The notes: generated by a model not told the origin, from the sequence alone. DNA of 64,000 bases from Patescibacteria group bacterium (GCA_041665085.1 JBAYJO010000001.1:40671-104670), one strand, 5' to 3'. Positions 1 through 10,827 are shown, numbered from the stretch's first letter. Translations and numbers: made by a program.

Positions 1-1
1 A

Positions 2-1795
2 AATGCGTTTTATTTTATAATTATTCTTCTGCTTGCTTTAGGAGTGTATAGTTTTTTTAGTTCTCCATCTAAAGCACCGAAAGATGTTGCTTTGTCTGAA
101 ATTTCACAAGATGTCAAAGAAGATAAAGTTAAAAGCATTCAAGTTAATCAAGATAAAATTATTGCAACATTAAAAGATGGCAATAAGATACAATCATATA
201 AAGAATCCGGAGTAGGCCTTTCAGAATATGGCATTACATCGGATAAAGTTGCGATTAATGTATCAAATCCAGATAAGAGCAATTGGGTTGTTTTATTACT
301 GACCGGTGTTTTACCGATTGTTTTGATTATCGGTTTCTTTTATTTCATGATGAGACAAGCTCAAGGTGGAAATTCTAAAGCAATGTCATTTGGTAAATCA
401 ACAGCAAGACTAACCGGTCCGAGCAAAAAAACTACTTTTAATGATGTAGCTGGACTTGAAGAAGCTAAGCAAGAATTAAGCGAGATTGTTGATTTTTTGA
501 AAAAGCCGGAAAAATACAAAAAACTTGGGGCAGAGATTCCAAAAGGTGTCTTGCTTTTTGGCCCTCCGGGAGTTGGTAAAACTCTTCTTGCAAAAGCAGT
601 TGCCGGTGAAGCTGGCGTGCCATTTTTTAGCATTTCAGCTTCAGAATTTGTTGAAATGTTTGTTGGAGTTGGAGCTTCCAGAGTTAGAGATTTATTTCAA
701 AAAGCCAAGAGAAATGCACCATGTGTAATTTTTATTGATGAACTTGATGCTGTTGGACGACAAAGAGGTACCGGGCTGGGCGGATCTCATGATGAACGCG
801 AGCAAACATTAAATCAAATCTTGGTTGAAATGGATGGATTTGAAACCGATGACCGTGTTATCGTGCTTGCTGCAACAAATCGACCTGATGTACTTGATAA
901 GGCTTTGCTTCGACCGGGCAGATTTGATCGTAGAGTTACACTTGATTTGCCTGATCGAAAAGACAGAGAACAAATTTTGGCAATTTATGCAAAAAACAAA
1001 CCTTTAGATAAAAAAATTAATCTAAATACAGTAGCAGGTAGAACCATTGGTTTTTCCGGGGCTGATCTTCGAAATGTGTTGAATGAATCTGCGATTCTTG
1101 CAGCAAGAGATAACTCAAATACAGTGTCTCAACTGCATCTTAATGAAGCTGTTGAAAAAGTAATCATGGGGCCGGAAAAGAAGTCGCAAATTCTATCAGA
1201 TCAGGAAAAACAAATTGCTGCATTTCATGAAGGCGGACATGCAATTATTGGGGCACTGCTTCCTTATTGCAATCCTGTTCATAAAGTATCAGTAGTATCT
1301 CGCGGAATGGCACTTGGTTATACTATGAGTTTGCCGAATGAAGATACACATTTGAAATCAAAATCAGAATTTATAGATGATATTACCCAGCTTTTAGGTG
1401 GACGAGCTGCTGAAGAATTGATTTTTGATGAGCAAACAACAGGTGCGCAGAATGATCTTAAAGTTGCAACTAAAATTGCCAAAGAGATGGTCATGGTTTA
1501 TGGCATGAGTGAAGTTGGTCCTATTTCACTTGGTGAGCGAGAAGAAGTAGTTTTTCTTGGGCGTGAATTAGGAGAAAGACAACATTTCAGCGAACAAAAA
1601 GGTGCTGAAATTGATAAGGCTATTTCAGGAATTATTTTCAATGCTGAAGATCGAGCCAAGAAAATTCTAAAAGAACATAAAAAAGAGTTAGAGAAAATAT
1701 CCGAAGTTTTAGTTAAAGAAGAAAGCTTAGAGGGCGAAAGATTGGATAATCTATTACCTAAAAAGCAAGAGATCAAAATTATTAAAAAAGCTTAA
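2..1795 (+). CDS. ftsH: ATP-dependent zinc metalloprotease FtsH (5' end lies before the window)
   Basis: Walker A GPPGVGKT, Walker [26 protein letters not shown] zinc motif; frame is open back to base 2 through a hydrophobic TM1. Confidence 0.97.
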   Translation, partial: NAFYFIIILLLALGVYSFFSSPSKAPKDVALSEISQDVKEDKVKSIQVNQDKIIATLKDGNKIQSYKESGVGLSEYGITSDKVAINVSNPDKSNWVVLLLTGVLPIVLIIGFFYFMMRQAQGGNSKAMSFGKSTARLTGPSKKTTFNDVAGLEEAKQELSEIVDFLKKPEKYKKLGAEIPKGVLLFGPPGVGKTLLAKAVAGEAGVPFFSISASEFVEMFVGVGASRVRDLFQKAKRNAPCVIFIDELDAVGRQRGTGLGGSHDEREQTLNQILVEMDGFETDDRVIVLAATNRPDVLDKALLRPGRFDRRVTLDLPDRKDREQILAIYAKNKPLDKKINLNTVAGRTIGFSGADLRNVLNESAILAARDNSNTVSQLHLNEAVEKVIMGPEKKSQILSDQEKQIAAFHEGGHAIIGALLPYCNPVHKVSVVSRGMALGYTMSLPNEDTHLKSKSEFIDDITQLLGGRAAEELIFDEQTTGAQNDLKVATKIAKEMVMVYGMSEVGPISLGEREEVVFLGRELGERQHFSEQKGAEIDKAISGIIFNAEDRAKKILKEHKKELEKISEVLVKEESLEGERLDNLLPKKQEIKIIKKA

Positions 1796-1796
1796 G

Positions 1797-2888
1797 ATGA
1801 AACTAAAACTACTTGAAGTTGTGGCCGATTCAAGCTTGAGCGGTGCTCCAAAGCATGTATTAATTTTGTCTAAAAATCTTAATTCAACAGAATTTGATCC
1901 TATTGTTGTTTGTCCATCAGGTTGGCTTTCGGCTGAATGCAAGAAAAATAAAATAAAAACTAAAAATATTAATCTTAGAGGTTTTCTTGATTTCAAATCT
2001 ATGAAAAATCTAAGAAAATTTGTTCAGCAAGAAAAGCCGGATTTAATTCATTTGCATGGAATTAGAGCGGGTTTTATCGGAGTGATGGCTCTTGTCGGAC
2101 TTAATCAAAAGATAATTTACACTGAACATCTCTATACGGCAACTTATCATTTAAAAAGTAAAACTCGAGAAATTATTCAACTTTTTGGATTGATATTTAT
2201 TAATCTTTTTACAAAAATGATTATTACTCCTTCGATTGCAGTTAGAAAATTTTTGGTTGAGCGTATTTGGGTGAAGCCGACAAAAATTCAGGTTATTCCA
2301 AATGGTCTTGAAGATTTTAAGATTAAAAATGAATCATCTGAAATGAAGATTGGTTTCATTGGCTCGGTTAATCAACAAAAAGGTATAGCCGAATTAATTG
2401 CAGTTATGGAAGAACTTGAAACAGAATTTCCTGAACTTGTGCTTGAAATTCTTGGAGATGGACCGCTTAAAGAACAGTTAGAGCAAAAATATAAAAATAA
2501 AAAAGAAATAAGTTTCTTGGGAATCAAAGAAGATATTAAGAATTTTATTGCGAAATGGAAAATGGTTGTTATTCCTTCAATTTCAGAATCTTTCGGTCAA
2601 GTTGCGATTGAAGCGGGGATTGCTTCAAAACCGGTAGTTGCAACGACAGTCGGCGGGTTGCCGGAAGTGGTAATTGATGAGACATCCGGAGTTTTGGTTA
2701 GGCCGTCAGATAAAGAAGATTTGAAAAAAGGTATTTCATTTTTGCTTCGAAATCCTGAAGCTGCCGAGAGAATGGGTAAAAATGGAAGAAAAATTTTTGA
2801 GAAGTTTTTTACAGCCAAGAAAATGACTGCTAAAATTGAGAAAGTTTATAAAATAATTGCAGGTATTGATGAATCTAAAAAAAATTAA
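1797..2888 (+). CDS. GT4 (GT-B) glycosyltransferase
   Basis: GAPKHV N-terminus, PDLIHLH, PSISESFGQVAIEA and GGLPEVV motifs. Confidence 0.92.
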   Translation: MKLKLLEVVADSSLSGAPKHVLILSKNLNSTEFDPIVVCPSGWLSAECKKNKIKTKNINLRGFLDFKSMKNLRKFVQQEKPDLIHLHGIRAGFIGVMALVGLNQKIIYTEHLYTATYHLKSKTREIIQLFGLIFINLFTKMIITPSIAVRKFLVERIWVKPTKIQVIPNGLEDFKIKNESSEMKIGFIGSVNQQKGIAELIAVMEELETEFPELVLEILGDGPLKEQLEQKYKNKKEISFLGIKEDIKNFIAKWKMVVIPSISESFGQVAIEAGIASKPVVATTVGGLPEVVIDETSGVLVRPSDKEDLKKGISFLLRNPEAAERMGKNGRKIFEKFFTAKKMTAKIEKVYKIIAGIDESKKN

Positions 2889-3678
2889 AGAAAACTTATT
2901 ACATTTAAATAACTTAAGAAAGTTTATTGGTTATGAAATTTTTCGCGAAGCGATGAATTCTGAAACTAAGCTTCAAATTTTAGATACGCCGCCAAGCGGG
3001 AGGGTTTTGGTTTTAGCACCTCATCCAGATGATGATGTGATAGGGTGCGGAGGTACGATTAAAAAACATATTGATAATGGCGATAGTGTAAAAGTTGTTT
3101 TTTTAACAGATGGGTCAGGCGGAGTTGCTAAGAAGCGCCATATTACCACTGTTAAAGAGAGAAAGGATTTAACTGGCGAAAGAGAAAGCGAAGCCAAAAC
3201 TGCGGCATTGATTCTTGGAGTAACAGAAACGGCTTTTTGGAGATATCATGATGGTTCCCTTCTTTTAAATAATACTTCTATGAAGTTGCTTGATACCTTA
3301 TTTTCTGATTTTAAACCTAATATTATTTATGCGCCTTCTTTTTTAGATCCTCATCCGGATCATTTTGAAACAGCAAAAATATTAGCAGCATTCTTAGAAA
3401 AAAAGAATAATTTTACTGGAACAATTTTTAGCTATGAAGTGTGGTCGCCAATCTACGCGAATAGGCTTGTGAGGCTCGACGATGTGGCAGAATTTAAAAA
3501 ACAAGCCTTGCTTGCACATAAGTCCCAAATTGAATCACGGAGCTATGAGCAGGCGATTATGGGTCTTGCAAAATATCGTGCCGGAATGCATGATGCAGGG
3601 GAATATGCAGAAGCATTTTTTGCTTGCAATATGAAGTTGTATGTTCAGCTTTTTAATTTATTGAGTTTAAAGAAATAA
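2869..3678 (+). CDS. PIG-L/LmbE family deacetylase
   Basis: APHPDDDVIGCGG and HPDH motifs. Confidence 0.92.
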   Translation: MNLKKIKENLLHLNNLRKFIGYEIFREAMNSETKLQILDTPPSGRVLVLAPHPDDDVIGCGGTIKKHIDNGDSVKVVFLTDGSGGVAKKRHITTVKERKDLTGERESEAKTAALILGVTETAFWRYHDGSLLLNNTSMKLLDTLFSDFKPNIIYAPSFLDPHPDHFETAKILAAFLEKKNNFTGTIFSYEVWSPIYANRLVRLDDVAEFKKQALLAHKSQIESRSYEQAIMGLAKYRAGMHDAGEYAEAFFACNMKLYVQLFNLLSLKK

Positions 3679-3750
3679 TTATTGCCAAAGAGCAGGGGGT
3701 TCTTTTCGATGTCGCCCCCTAGCCCTCTGGCGACTCCTTACCCCTACACG

Positions 3751-3773
3751 ACCTGCCTCGCCGGCAGGCGGGT
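3751..3773. repeat. Short GC-rich palindrome ACCTGCCTCGCCGGCAGGCGGGT
   Basis: Self-complementary CCTGCC/GGCAGG core seen in sequence. Confidence 0.5.
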
Positions 3774-4012
3774 TTTTCAAGGAGCATTCAAAATCACTTT
3801 CTTTCTAAAAGACACTTTGATGTCCTATCCTGTTTCACAGGCAGGCACAGTTTCTTTTGGAGCGAAACTGATTTTTCATTTCCTTGAAAAAAGAGGAAAA
3901 ATAGACAGGATCTTCACTTTTTTCTGGTTTTAATATAATATAAGGGTGGTTTTGGGCAGAGAACCGAACATAGCCGACGGCGTAAAAGGTCTAGGCAACT
4001 GGGAGGTCTCGA

Positions 4013-4657
4013 ATGTTTGATTTGGTTTCCGATGATGTATACGGGAATTGGCTGACAGCAGCGAGTGAAAAGGTGATCGTCAGGGCACATGAGATAGTGC
4101 ATCAGGAAGTAGATTACTTCACATCGCTGACTGAAATCCACATGTTTACATTGGTGGATCCGACTTGTGTGGTCTGTGCTCATGGTGATACTAATGGGAT
4201 GTTGCTTCCGTTCGTCAATATCTGGCAAGATGACGAGAGTGATACCTTTCGCGGGCAGATTGAGCTGATCTTTGGCACAGGCTTCATACATCGCGGGTTT
4301 TTGGGTCACGGAGTTGATACGGCGAGTGGCTGGACTATCGGTAGGTGGCAATCTGTTGAGCAGGTGCTTTTCGCAAAAGGATCGCCATCTTATTCGGTAA
4401 ACAGTGGTTCGTCTATTCGAGAGAATAACCACTGGGAGCTCTGTGATCCTACTAAGCTGTCAATCTTTCTGCAGGATCTGGCTCGCTTCGAAATGTTTTT
4501 GAGAATGAGCCCAGATCATTTGGTTGGAGGAAATGGTAAGTCTGAACGAAGTTCTGACAAAGAGAAGATCAAGATGCTGTGTCAGCGTTTGTTAGGGTTA
4601 CTGAAGTCCTTGAACGCTGGAGTCGATAGCTCTTGGATGAAACTTGTCAGACAGTGA
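4013..4657 (+). CDS. Hypothetical protein (GC-richer standalone gene)
   Basis: 214-aa ORF, GGAGG RBS, upstream TTCACT-N17-TAATAT, downstream hairpin. Confidence 0.7.
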   Translation: MFDLVSDDVYGNWLTAASEKVIVRAHEIVHQEVDYFTSLTEIHMFTLVDPTCVVCAHGDTNGMLLPFVNIWQDDESDTFRGQIELIFGTGFIHRGFLGHGVDTASGWTIGRWQSVEQVLFAKGSPSYSVNSGSSIRENNHWELCDPTKLSIFLQDLARFEMFLRMSPDHLVGGNGKSERSSDKEKIKMLCQRLLGLLKSLNAGVDSSWMKLVRQ

Positions 4658-4665
4658 GTTTGACC

Positions 4666-4691
4666 CAACCTGCCGCTGCCCCGGCAGGTTG
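4666..4691 (+). terminator. Hairpin after 4013..4657
   Basis: CAACCTGCCG/CGGCAGGTTG 10-bp stem. Confidence 0.6.
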
Positions 4692-4715
4692 AACCTTAAA
4701 AATTATTTTGAATAT

Positions 4716-4790
4716 TGCCGGGTCGTCTAGTGGTAGGACGTCTGCCTCTGGAGCAGAAGATCGTAGGTTCGAATCCTACCCCGGCAGCCA
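4716..4790 (+). tRNA. tRNA-Gln(CTG)
   Basis: Acceptor TGCCGGG/CCCGGCA, anticodon loop CTCTGGA, GTTCGAATC T-loop, encoded CCA. Confidence 0.96.
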
Positions 4791-4849
4791 AATAAAAAAT
4801 TAAAGACCATGAATGGTCTTTTTTGATATATTTATGTTAAAGTAAATTT

Positions 4850-5650
4850 ATGGAAAAGTTTGATTCAATAAAACATAAGCATTTATTTAAAGATTTGCCT
4901 TTTTCTTATTTTTCAACTGCATATTATTTAGATTATTGTGGTTATGTTTTTGAAAATAATGGTGAAGATTTAATTGTTTGGCAAGATATGTTGTATGTTC
5001 ATGATTTTCCCTCAATCTATTTGCCGAAAGAACAAAAAAATTGGGAGCGTGCATCTATTGCTTTTGCAACGCCAGAAGATATTTTAAAGGTTAAAAATGC
5101 CGGAATTCAAATAACCCTTGATAATCCAATCGAATCGGAATTTTATTACAAGACTGCTGATTTTATTAATCCAAAAAACAAAAATGCTGAACGAGTTAGA
5201 CAATTTGAAAAAAATTATACTTTTAATATTTTAAATGAATATCCAAAGCAAAAAATTATTGATTTTTATAATCAATGGAAAGATCAAAGAGTACACGAGT
5301 CGCTTACTTTTGAAGATGCTGAACAATCATTCTTTTTTTGCTTAGACAATTTAGGAAAATATAATGTTAAACAGGTTTATATTGAATCAGATGATAAATT
5401 AATTGGATTTGCCTGGGGGGTTGAACATCAAAGCGGTAATTGGATTGGGCTTCATTTGAAAGTGAATTATTCATTTAAAGGTTTGAGTAGATTTTTACAT
5501 CATAAACGAGCCGAGCTTTTTGCTGACAAGGAATATTTTTCTTTGGGAACCGGTTCTCATGATTCGGGAATTACGCAATATAAAGAGGAGCTGGGCCCGG
5601 ATTATAAATTGGAATATCATTATCTTTTAACTGGTGAGAAAGATAGCTAA
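4850..5650 (+). CDS. GNAT-fold protein, DUF2156/aminoacyltransferase-like
   Basis: C-terminal LIGFAWG...FKGLSRFL...GITQYKEELGP pattern resembles GNAT-like aminoacyl transferases. Confidence 0.55.
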   Translation: MEKFDSIKHKHLFKDLPFSYFSTAYYLDYCGYVFENNGEDLIVWQDMLYVHDFPSIYLPKEQKNWERASIAFATPEDILKVKNAGIQITLDNPIESEFYYKTADFINPKNKNAERVRQFEKNYTFNILNEYPKQKIIDFYNQWKDQRVHESLTFEDAEQSFFFCLDNLGKYNVKQVYIESDDKLIGFAWGVEHQSGNWIGLHLKVNYSFKGLSRFLHHKRAELFADKEYFSLGTGSHDSGITQYKEELGPDYKLEYHYLLTGEKDS

Positions 5651-5652
5651 AT

Positions 5653-6558
5653 ATGGAAAATGAGCTTGGGATAGTTAATAGTCGTGAAATTGAATCTTTG
5701 GAAAAAGTAAGGTTGGAAAGAATTAAGCAGAATCTTGAAGTAGTATCAGATATTGAAAGTTTGTCTGGTGAGGAAGATAAAATTAGACAATATCTTCAAA
5801 GTAAAGCATTAGAGTTTGGGATTGAGACAGATATTGATAGAGCAGGAAATGTATGGTTTTTGTCTGATAGTCCTGAAGGAGAAGTGTTGTTAAATGCTCA
5901 TATGGATAAAGTTGGTGGTACTTCGCGAGCTATTGAATCTAATGGAAAAATTAATGGAAGGCTGGATAATTCTCTTGGAATTAGTGTTATTTTAGGTTTA
6001 CTACAAGAGGAAATTCGACCTTCAGTTGTATTCACAGTTGAAGAAGAATCAGAGCGTGAAAAAATTTCTGAAAGTGGAGAAAGAAGCTTTGTGAAAAGAG
6101 ATCTAAGAGAAGGAAAATATAATTTTGGTGCTAGAACTGCGGCCGAGGAAATTTATGAAGGAAAATACAAAAAACCAAAACTTGCAATTACTGTCGATGT
6201 TTCAGCTGCCGGAATGCTTGGGAACGGCCCGTTGGTTTACATGAGCTCATCTGTGTTCCGTTTTCCTAATGAAGGAGTTAAATTTATTTCCAAATTGGTA
6301 TCTCAAAATAAGCTCCATGCGCAATTTTTAAATGGACCGGCAAACGATTCGATTGAGTTTAGCTTTTTGAGAAAAAGCGGAACACTTGCTATTGAAATTC
6401 CAGTTGAAAATCTTCATACTGATAGCGAAAGATCTGATGTGGCAGATATTAAAGAGGCAGCTGAATTATTAAGTTTAGTTATTAAAAATCATGATATGAT
6501 TCCAGAAATGATTGATGAACCGACGCATAGAGAGTTTTCTGACATAACATCAATTTAG
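5653..6558 (+). CDS. M20/M28/M42 zinc peptidase
   Basis: LLNAHMD, GRLDN, FTVEEE and NLHT metal ligands. Confidence 0.85.
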   Translation: MENELGIVNSREIESLEKVRLERIKQNLEVVSDIESLSGEEDKIRQYLQSKALEFGIETDIDRAGNVWFLSDSPEGEVLLNAHMDKVGGTSRAIESNGKINGRLDNSLGISVILGLLQEEIRPSVVFTVEEESEREKISESGERSFVKRDLREGKYNFGARTAAEEIYEGKYKKPKLAITVDVSAAGMLGNGPLVYMSSSVFRFPNEGVKFISKLVSQNKLHAQFLNGPANDSIEFSFLRKSGTLAIEIPVENLHTDSERSDVADIKEAAELLSLVIKNHDMIPEMIDEPTHREFSDITSI

Positions 6559-6570
6559 TACAGGAGGAAG

Positions 6571-7443
6571 ATGGCTACAATCGAGGTTAAAAATTTAAAG
6601 AAACATTTTGGAAATATTAAAGCAGTTGATGGAATTTCATTTTCAGTTGAAGAAGGTGAAATTTTTGGTTTTTTGGGACCAAATGGAGCGGGAAAAACAA
6701 CTACAATCAGATGTATGACTGATTTTATTCGTCCAGATGATGGAAAAATTATGATACTCGGTAAAGATGTTGCAGGCGAAATTGTTGAAATTAAAAAAGA
6801 TATGACTTATCTTCCTGCTAGTGCTCAATTTTATGGCAACTGGACAGGTAAAGAACATTTGGATTTGATAAAAGCAATTAGACATGGCGATGGTGAGATT
6901 GAAGAATATGCAAAAAGGTTAGATTTTAATCCTAATTTAAGAGCAAAAACGTTATCGACCGGTAATAAACAAAAATTAGGTATTTTGCTTGCTCTGGTGA
7001 ATAAGCCAAAGGTGATTATTTTAGATGAGCCTACTTCCGGGCTTGATCCTTTGCTTCAAAATACATTTAATAAAATATTGAAGGATTTATCAGCTCAAGG
7101 TACAACGATTTTTATGTCAAGCCATAATTTGCATGAGGTTGAAGAAATTTGCGGGCGCGTCGCAATTATTAAAGATGGAAAATTAATGGCAGTTGAAAGC
7201 ATCAGAGATTTGAAACAAAAAAGAATTTACAGAGTTACTGTATCGTTTGAAAAAGATGTTCCGGACTTGTCTAAAGTTATAGATAAGATTGAGGAGAAAA
7301 AAGACGGTGGAATAGTTGCGATTGTAAAAGGCGATATTAATCCTTTTATTACAGAATTGTCGAGTCATAAAGTTAAAAGTTTAGAAATAATACAAGCACC
7401 GCTTGATGAAATATTTTTGGAATTTTATGGGAAGGAGAAATAA
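6571..7443 (+). CDS. ABC-2 transporter ATP-binding protein
   Basis: GPNGAGKTT, LSTGNKQK, ILDEPTSGLD. Confidence 0.95.
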   Translation: MATIEVKNLKKHFGNIKAVDGISFSVEEGEIFGFLGPNGAGKTTTIRCMTDFIRPDDGKIMILGKDVAGEIVEIKKDMTYLPASAQFYGNWTGKEHLDLIKAIRHGDGEIEEYAKRLDFNPNLRAKTLSTGNKQKLGILLALVNKPKVIILDEPTSGLDPLLQNTFNKILKDLSAQGTTIFMSSHNLHEVEEICGRVAIIKDGKLMAVESIRDLKQKRIYRVTVSFEKDVPDLSKVIDKIEEKKDGGIVAIVKGDINPFITELSSHKVKSLEIIQAPLDEIFLEFYGKEK

Positions 7444-8252
7444 TGATGAAAATTGCTCTTAAGCTATTAAAAGATAATAAGTTATCACTTATAGTTTATA
7501 CTATTGCATCTCTTTTGTTTGCTTTGATGTATGTTTCGATGTTTCCTTCAATGGCAAAACAATCAGAACAATTTATGGAAGCATTTAAAAATTATCCAAA
7601 GGATATGATGGAAGCATTCGGAATTGAAATTTCACAGCTTTCATTTTCAAATGTGCAATCTTTCTTGGCAATGGAAAATTTTAGTTTGATGTGGCCAATT
7701 ATGGTTTTTGCAATGTCGATTTCGCTAGCTTCAAGTGCGATTGCGGGTGACATAGAAAAAGGGACGATGTCAATTTTTCTAAGTCAGCCAATATCTCGAG
7801 TTAAATTATATTATTCTAAGGTTTTATCAGGCTTCTTGTTTATTTCAATATTTGTTGTTTTGTCTGTCTTTTTAATTCCGATTATTATTGCTTTACAAAA
7901 TATTGATTTTAAATTTAATGGATTTGTGATGATGGCAATTATTGGTTGGTTTTTTAGTATGGCGATTTATGGGGTTATGATGTTTTTATCTTCAATTTTT
8001 TCGGAGAAGGGCAAAGTGATGTTTATGGGTGTTGGACTTATAGTTTTGATGTATGCAATTAATGTTGTGGCAAACCTAAAGGATAGCTTAGATAAATTAA
8101 AATATCTTTCCTTTTTTCATTACTTTGACCAACAAAATGCGCTTGTGAATGCAAAAATTGATTGGCATTCAATTGTTGTTTTTACTTTGGTTGCAGTGGT
8201 TTGCATTATTTCGGGATCAGTAATTTTTAAAAAGAGAGATATTATTGTTTAG
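7443..8252 (+). CDS. ABC-2 transporter permease
   Basis: Six hydrophobic segments, DIEKGT..LSQPISR motif, FKKRDI C-terminus. Confidence 0.9.
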   Translation: MMKIALKLLKDNKLSLIVYTIASLLFALMYVSMFPSMAKQSEQFMEAFKNYPKDMMEAFGIEISQLSFSNVQSFLAMENFSLMWPIMVFAMSISLASSAIAGDIEKGTMSIFLSQPISRVKLYYSKVLSGFLFISIFVVLSVFLIPIIIALQNIDFKFNGFVMMAIIGWFFSMAIYGVMMFLSSIFSEKGKVMFMGVGLIVLMYAINVVANLKDSLDKLKYLSFFHYFDQQNALVNAKIDWHSIVVFTLVAVVCIISGSVIFKKRDIIV

Positions 8253-8428
8253 AGAAGCATAGAGAATAATCAAAAACGCCAGCATGGCCGGCGTAATTGG
8301 GGTAAAATGATTTGCCCCTAACTATATTCAACTTAACATGTGTGTAAATTAATTCAATATAGTTTTCAACATATTTCGTGATTATTTTTGATGATGCCTG
8401 ATAATTTAAAAAGTGGTAAGATAATATC

Positions 8429-8947
8429 ATGAAGAGAATTGCTTTAGTTGTGGCGCAAAATGAATTTAATGAACAAGAGTATGAAGATGTTTTTGATGCG
8501 TTTGAAGCAGAGGATTTTAATATATCGGTTGTTTCAGAAAGCGTGGGGCAAGCAGTTGGCAAAAATGGAAAAATTATAAATGCCGATTTCTCGCTTGGTT
8601 CAATAATAGTTGGTAATTATGATGCAATTGTTTTTATTGGCGGACATGGTGCGCGTGAGTTAGTTCATAATTCTAGTGCTATGCATTTAATTAAAGATGC
8701 CTATTCTCAAAATAAGATTGTGGCTGCAATTTGTATTGCACCGATTATTTTGGCATTTGCCGGGATATTAGAGGGGAAGAAAGCCACTGTTTCGTCTGGC
8801 GGAGTTGATATTTTAGTAAATAAAGGCGCAGAATATGTTGACAGAGATGTTGTGGTTGATGGGAATATTATTACCGGTTCCGGTCCAGATGCATCAATTG
8901 ATTTTGCAAATAAAATAATCGAGGAACTTCAAAATGGTGAATCATAA
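8429..8947 (+). CDS. DJ-1/PfpI family protein
   Basis: FIGGHGA, AAICIAP nucleophile elbow, DGNIITG. Confidence 0.93.
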   Translation: MKRIALVVAQNEFNEQEYEDVFDAFEAEDFNISVVSESVGQAVGKNGKIINADFSLGSIIVGNYDAIVFIGGHGARELVHNSSAMHLIKDAYSQNKIVAAICIAPIILAFAGILEGKKATVSSGGVDILVNKGAEYVDRDVVVDGNIITGSGPDASIDFANKIIEELQNGES

Positions 8948-9332
8948 AAGACTTCTAGTTGTTGAAGATGATTATATTTTAGCTCACATGTATAAGGAGC
9001 GATTTGGTGCTGAAGGATATGAGGTGGTGTCAGCTGACAATGGTGAAGACGGGATTGATGAAGCATTGGCAGGAAATTTTGACTTGGTTATTCTGGATCT
9101 GATGCTTCCTAAAAGAGGTGGTTTGTCGGTTCTTCAGATTTTGCGTTCAAGACCGGAGACTGAAAAGATTCCTGTAATTATTATTACTAATCATCCGGAT
9201 GACAGGTATCGAGAAATTGCTGAAAAATATGGGATCGAGGATTTTGTGTTTAAAGCCGAAATAATGCCCAAAGATGTGATCGATCGAATTAATAAAATTA
9301 TAAAAAAATACGATGCGTCCGCTTTTGAATAG
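8934..9332 (+). CDS. Receiver-only response regulator
   Basis: LLVVEDD, ILDLMLP, conserved Lys; no output domain. Confidence 0.92.
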   Translation: MVNHKRLLVVEDDYILAHMYKERFGAEGYEVVSADNGEDGIDEALAGNFDLVILDLMLPKRGGLSVLQILRSRPETEKIPVIIITNHPDDRYREIAEKYGIEDFVFKAEIMPKDVIDRINKIIKKYDASAFE

Positions 9333-9381
9333 TATTGAACTAAAGGTGTTTTTCGAGTAAAATAATAGGGTAATACATCAT

Positions 9382-9456
9382 GGCGCCATCGTATAGAGGT
9401 TAGTACGCCGCCCTCTCACGGCGGTAACAGGGGTTCGATTCCCCTTGGCGCTGCCA
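9382..9456 (+). tRNA. tRNA-Glu(CTC)
   Basis: Acceptor GGCGCCA/TGGCGCT, anticodon stem CCGCC/GGCGG with loop CTCTCAC, GTTCGATTC, CCA. Confidence 0.96.
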
Positions 9457-9538
9457 ACAGGTTAAAAATAGTTCATTTCTTCATAGTTTCGAACTTTTTT
9501 AGTTATCATGTTAAAATAAAGAAAAATAAGGAGATGAA

Positions 9539-9853
9539 ATGATAGAAAAAGAGGAGATTAAAAATCGTTTGATAAAAAAATATAATTATCCTGATGAAGG
9601 AGCAGAACTTGTAGCATCAAAACTACTAGGCTTAGATGAAAAATTAGTGACAGAATTTGTTAAATGGTGGGAAACTGATCAACTGCCTATGATTGAAATA
9701 GAAGGATATTCGATAGAAAAATTCATTAGTGAATATGATTCTACACCACCAGCTGCATTTCTAAATATGAACTGGTTGATTAAAAATCCAGAGGAAGCAA
9801 AAAAGGCCTTTAGCAAAGGTTATGATAATGTAATTGTAAAGAAAAATGAGTGA
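9539..9853 (+). CDS. Hypothetical protein
   Basis: 104-aa ORF with AAGGAG RBS, overlaps the next gene. Confidence 0.75.
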   Translation: MIEKEEIKNRLIKKYNYPDEGAELVASKLLGLDEKLVTEFVKWWETDQLPMIEIEGYSIEKFISEYDSTPPAAFLNMNWLIKNPEEAKKAFSKGYDNVIVKKNE

Positions 9854-10703
9854 ATTACTTGGTTCTGCATTTAAAAACGAAACAGTTCAGCCAGTGAGTA
9901 ATTTCGTTAGAATTACAGAAGAAATAGACCAACTTTTGTCGGAAGATACACCTGATAATCAGAAAGCATTAGAGGCTTTTGTTCTAAAACGTACTTCAGA
10001 ATTGACGGCAACTGCACCAGAAACTGAATATATTACATACAAAAAAGAAAAGCCACACAATGGTTTCATATCACCTAAAACTGAAGTTAAAGGCAAAATT
10101 ATGTATGATGGATTTCATTTAGATGATCCTGATTTATATCCTGCATTACTAAATGGATTAAAAGAATTAAAGTCAACTCCTGGATGGAAAGAAATGAGCA
10201 TAAAAGCTTTAGCAGTTCCAGCCGTAAACTATGCTGTATCAAAGTACTTTGGTAGTTATAAAATATCAGATGAACAAGAAAAACAAAATGCAGCTCATTA
10301 TATGAATCTTGGAGCTCCTTGTTCTATTAAAGAAATGAAGGGTAAAGGTATTGCTGTTTGTGCCGAAAAAGCAGCTGCCGCTCAAAATCTATTAACCTTT
10401 TTGGGGCTTGATTCAGAACTAGCAATGGCGGATTGCAAGCTTGATCCAAATCAAGAAGAAGGACCACATGCTTATAATATTGTTACGGGCCCAAATGGTC
10501 ATTTTATTTTTGATCCTACAAATCCTATTGTAAATGATAGTGCAGAGGGGCAACCGAATTATTTGCCAGCCACATATAAAATTTCAGATGAGCAATATGA
10601 ATCGCTGCAAAACCATCAAGCTGTTGAAGTAGCTCACACAAATACTAAGATTGTTGATGGGGAACAAGAAGCAGAAACAAATGCTAGAGTTTATAATGCT
10701 TAA
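9846..10703 (+). CDS. Transglutaminase/papain-like cysteine protease-fold protein
   Basis: Putative triad VCAEKAAAAQNLL / HAYNIV / FIFDPT. Confidence 0.65.
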   Translation: MSELLGSAFKNETVQPVSNFVRITEEIDQLLSEDTPDNQKALEAFVLKRTSELTATAPETEYITYKKEKPHNGFISPKTEVKGKIMYDGFHLDDPDLYPALLNGLKELKSTPGWKEMSIKALAVPAVNYAVSKYFGSYKISDEQEKQNAAHYMNLGAPCSIKEMKGKGIAVCAEKAAAAQNLLTFLGLDSELAMADCKLDPNQEEGPHAYNIVTGPNGHFIFDPTNPIVNDSAEGQPNYLPATYKISDEQYESLQNHQAVEVAHTNTKIVDGEQEAETNARVYNA

Positions 10704-10772
10704 TTTTAAAAATTAGCTAAACCAAAATCTGGCAAAATAATATTATTTTCCTGCATGAAATAGATTCGAACG

Positions 10773-10827
10773 TCGTTTCCCTTGGCGCTGCCAAAAAAAT
10801 CACGAACTTTTGTTCGCGATTTTTTTG
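10773..10827 (+). repeat. Duplicated tRNA-Glu 3' end (att-like) plus terminator hairpin
   Basis: CCCTTGGCGCTGCCAA is identical to 9442..9457, followed by AAAAATCACGAAC-TTTT-GTTCGCGATTTTT. Confidence 0.85.

Noticed and set aside
3914-4432. 172-aa antisense ORF and similar shadow ORFs (16022, 22436, 36398, 56752)
   Set aside because: They lie opposite better-supported genes and have no RBS or recognisable motifs.
8272-8330. Minus-strand double hairpin with GGCAAA as a c-di-GMP riboswitch
   Set aside because: No GNRA tetraloop/receptor or GCAAA junction, and no downstream gene on that strand; probably a terminator.
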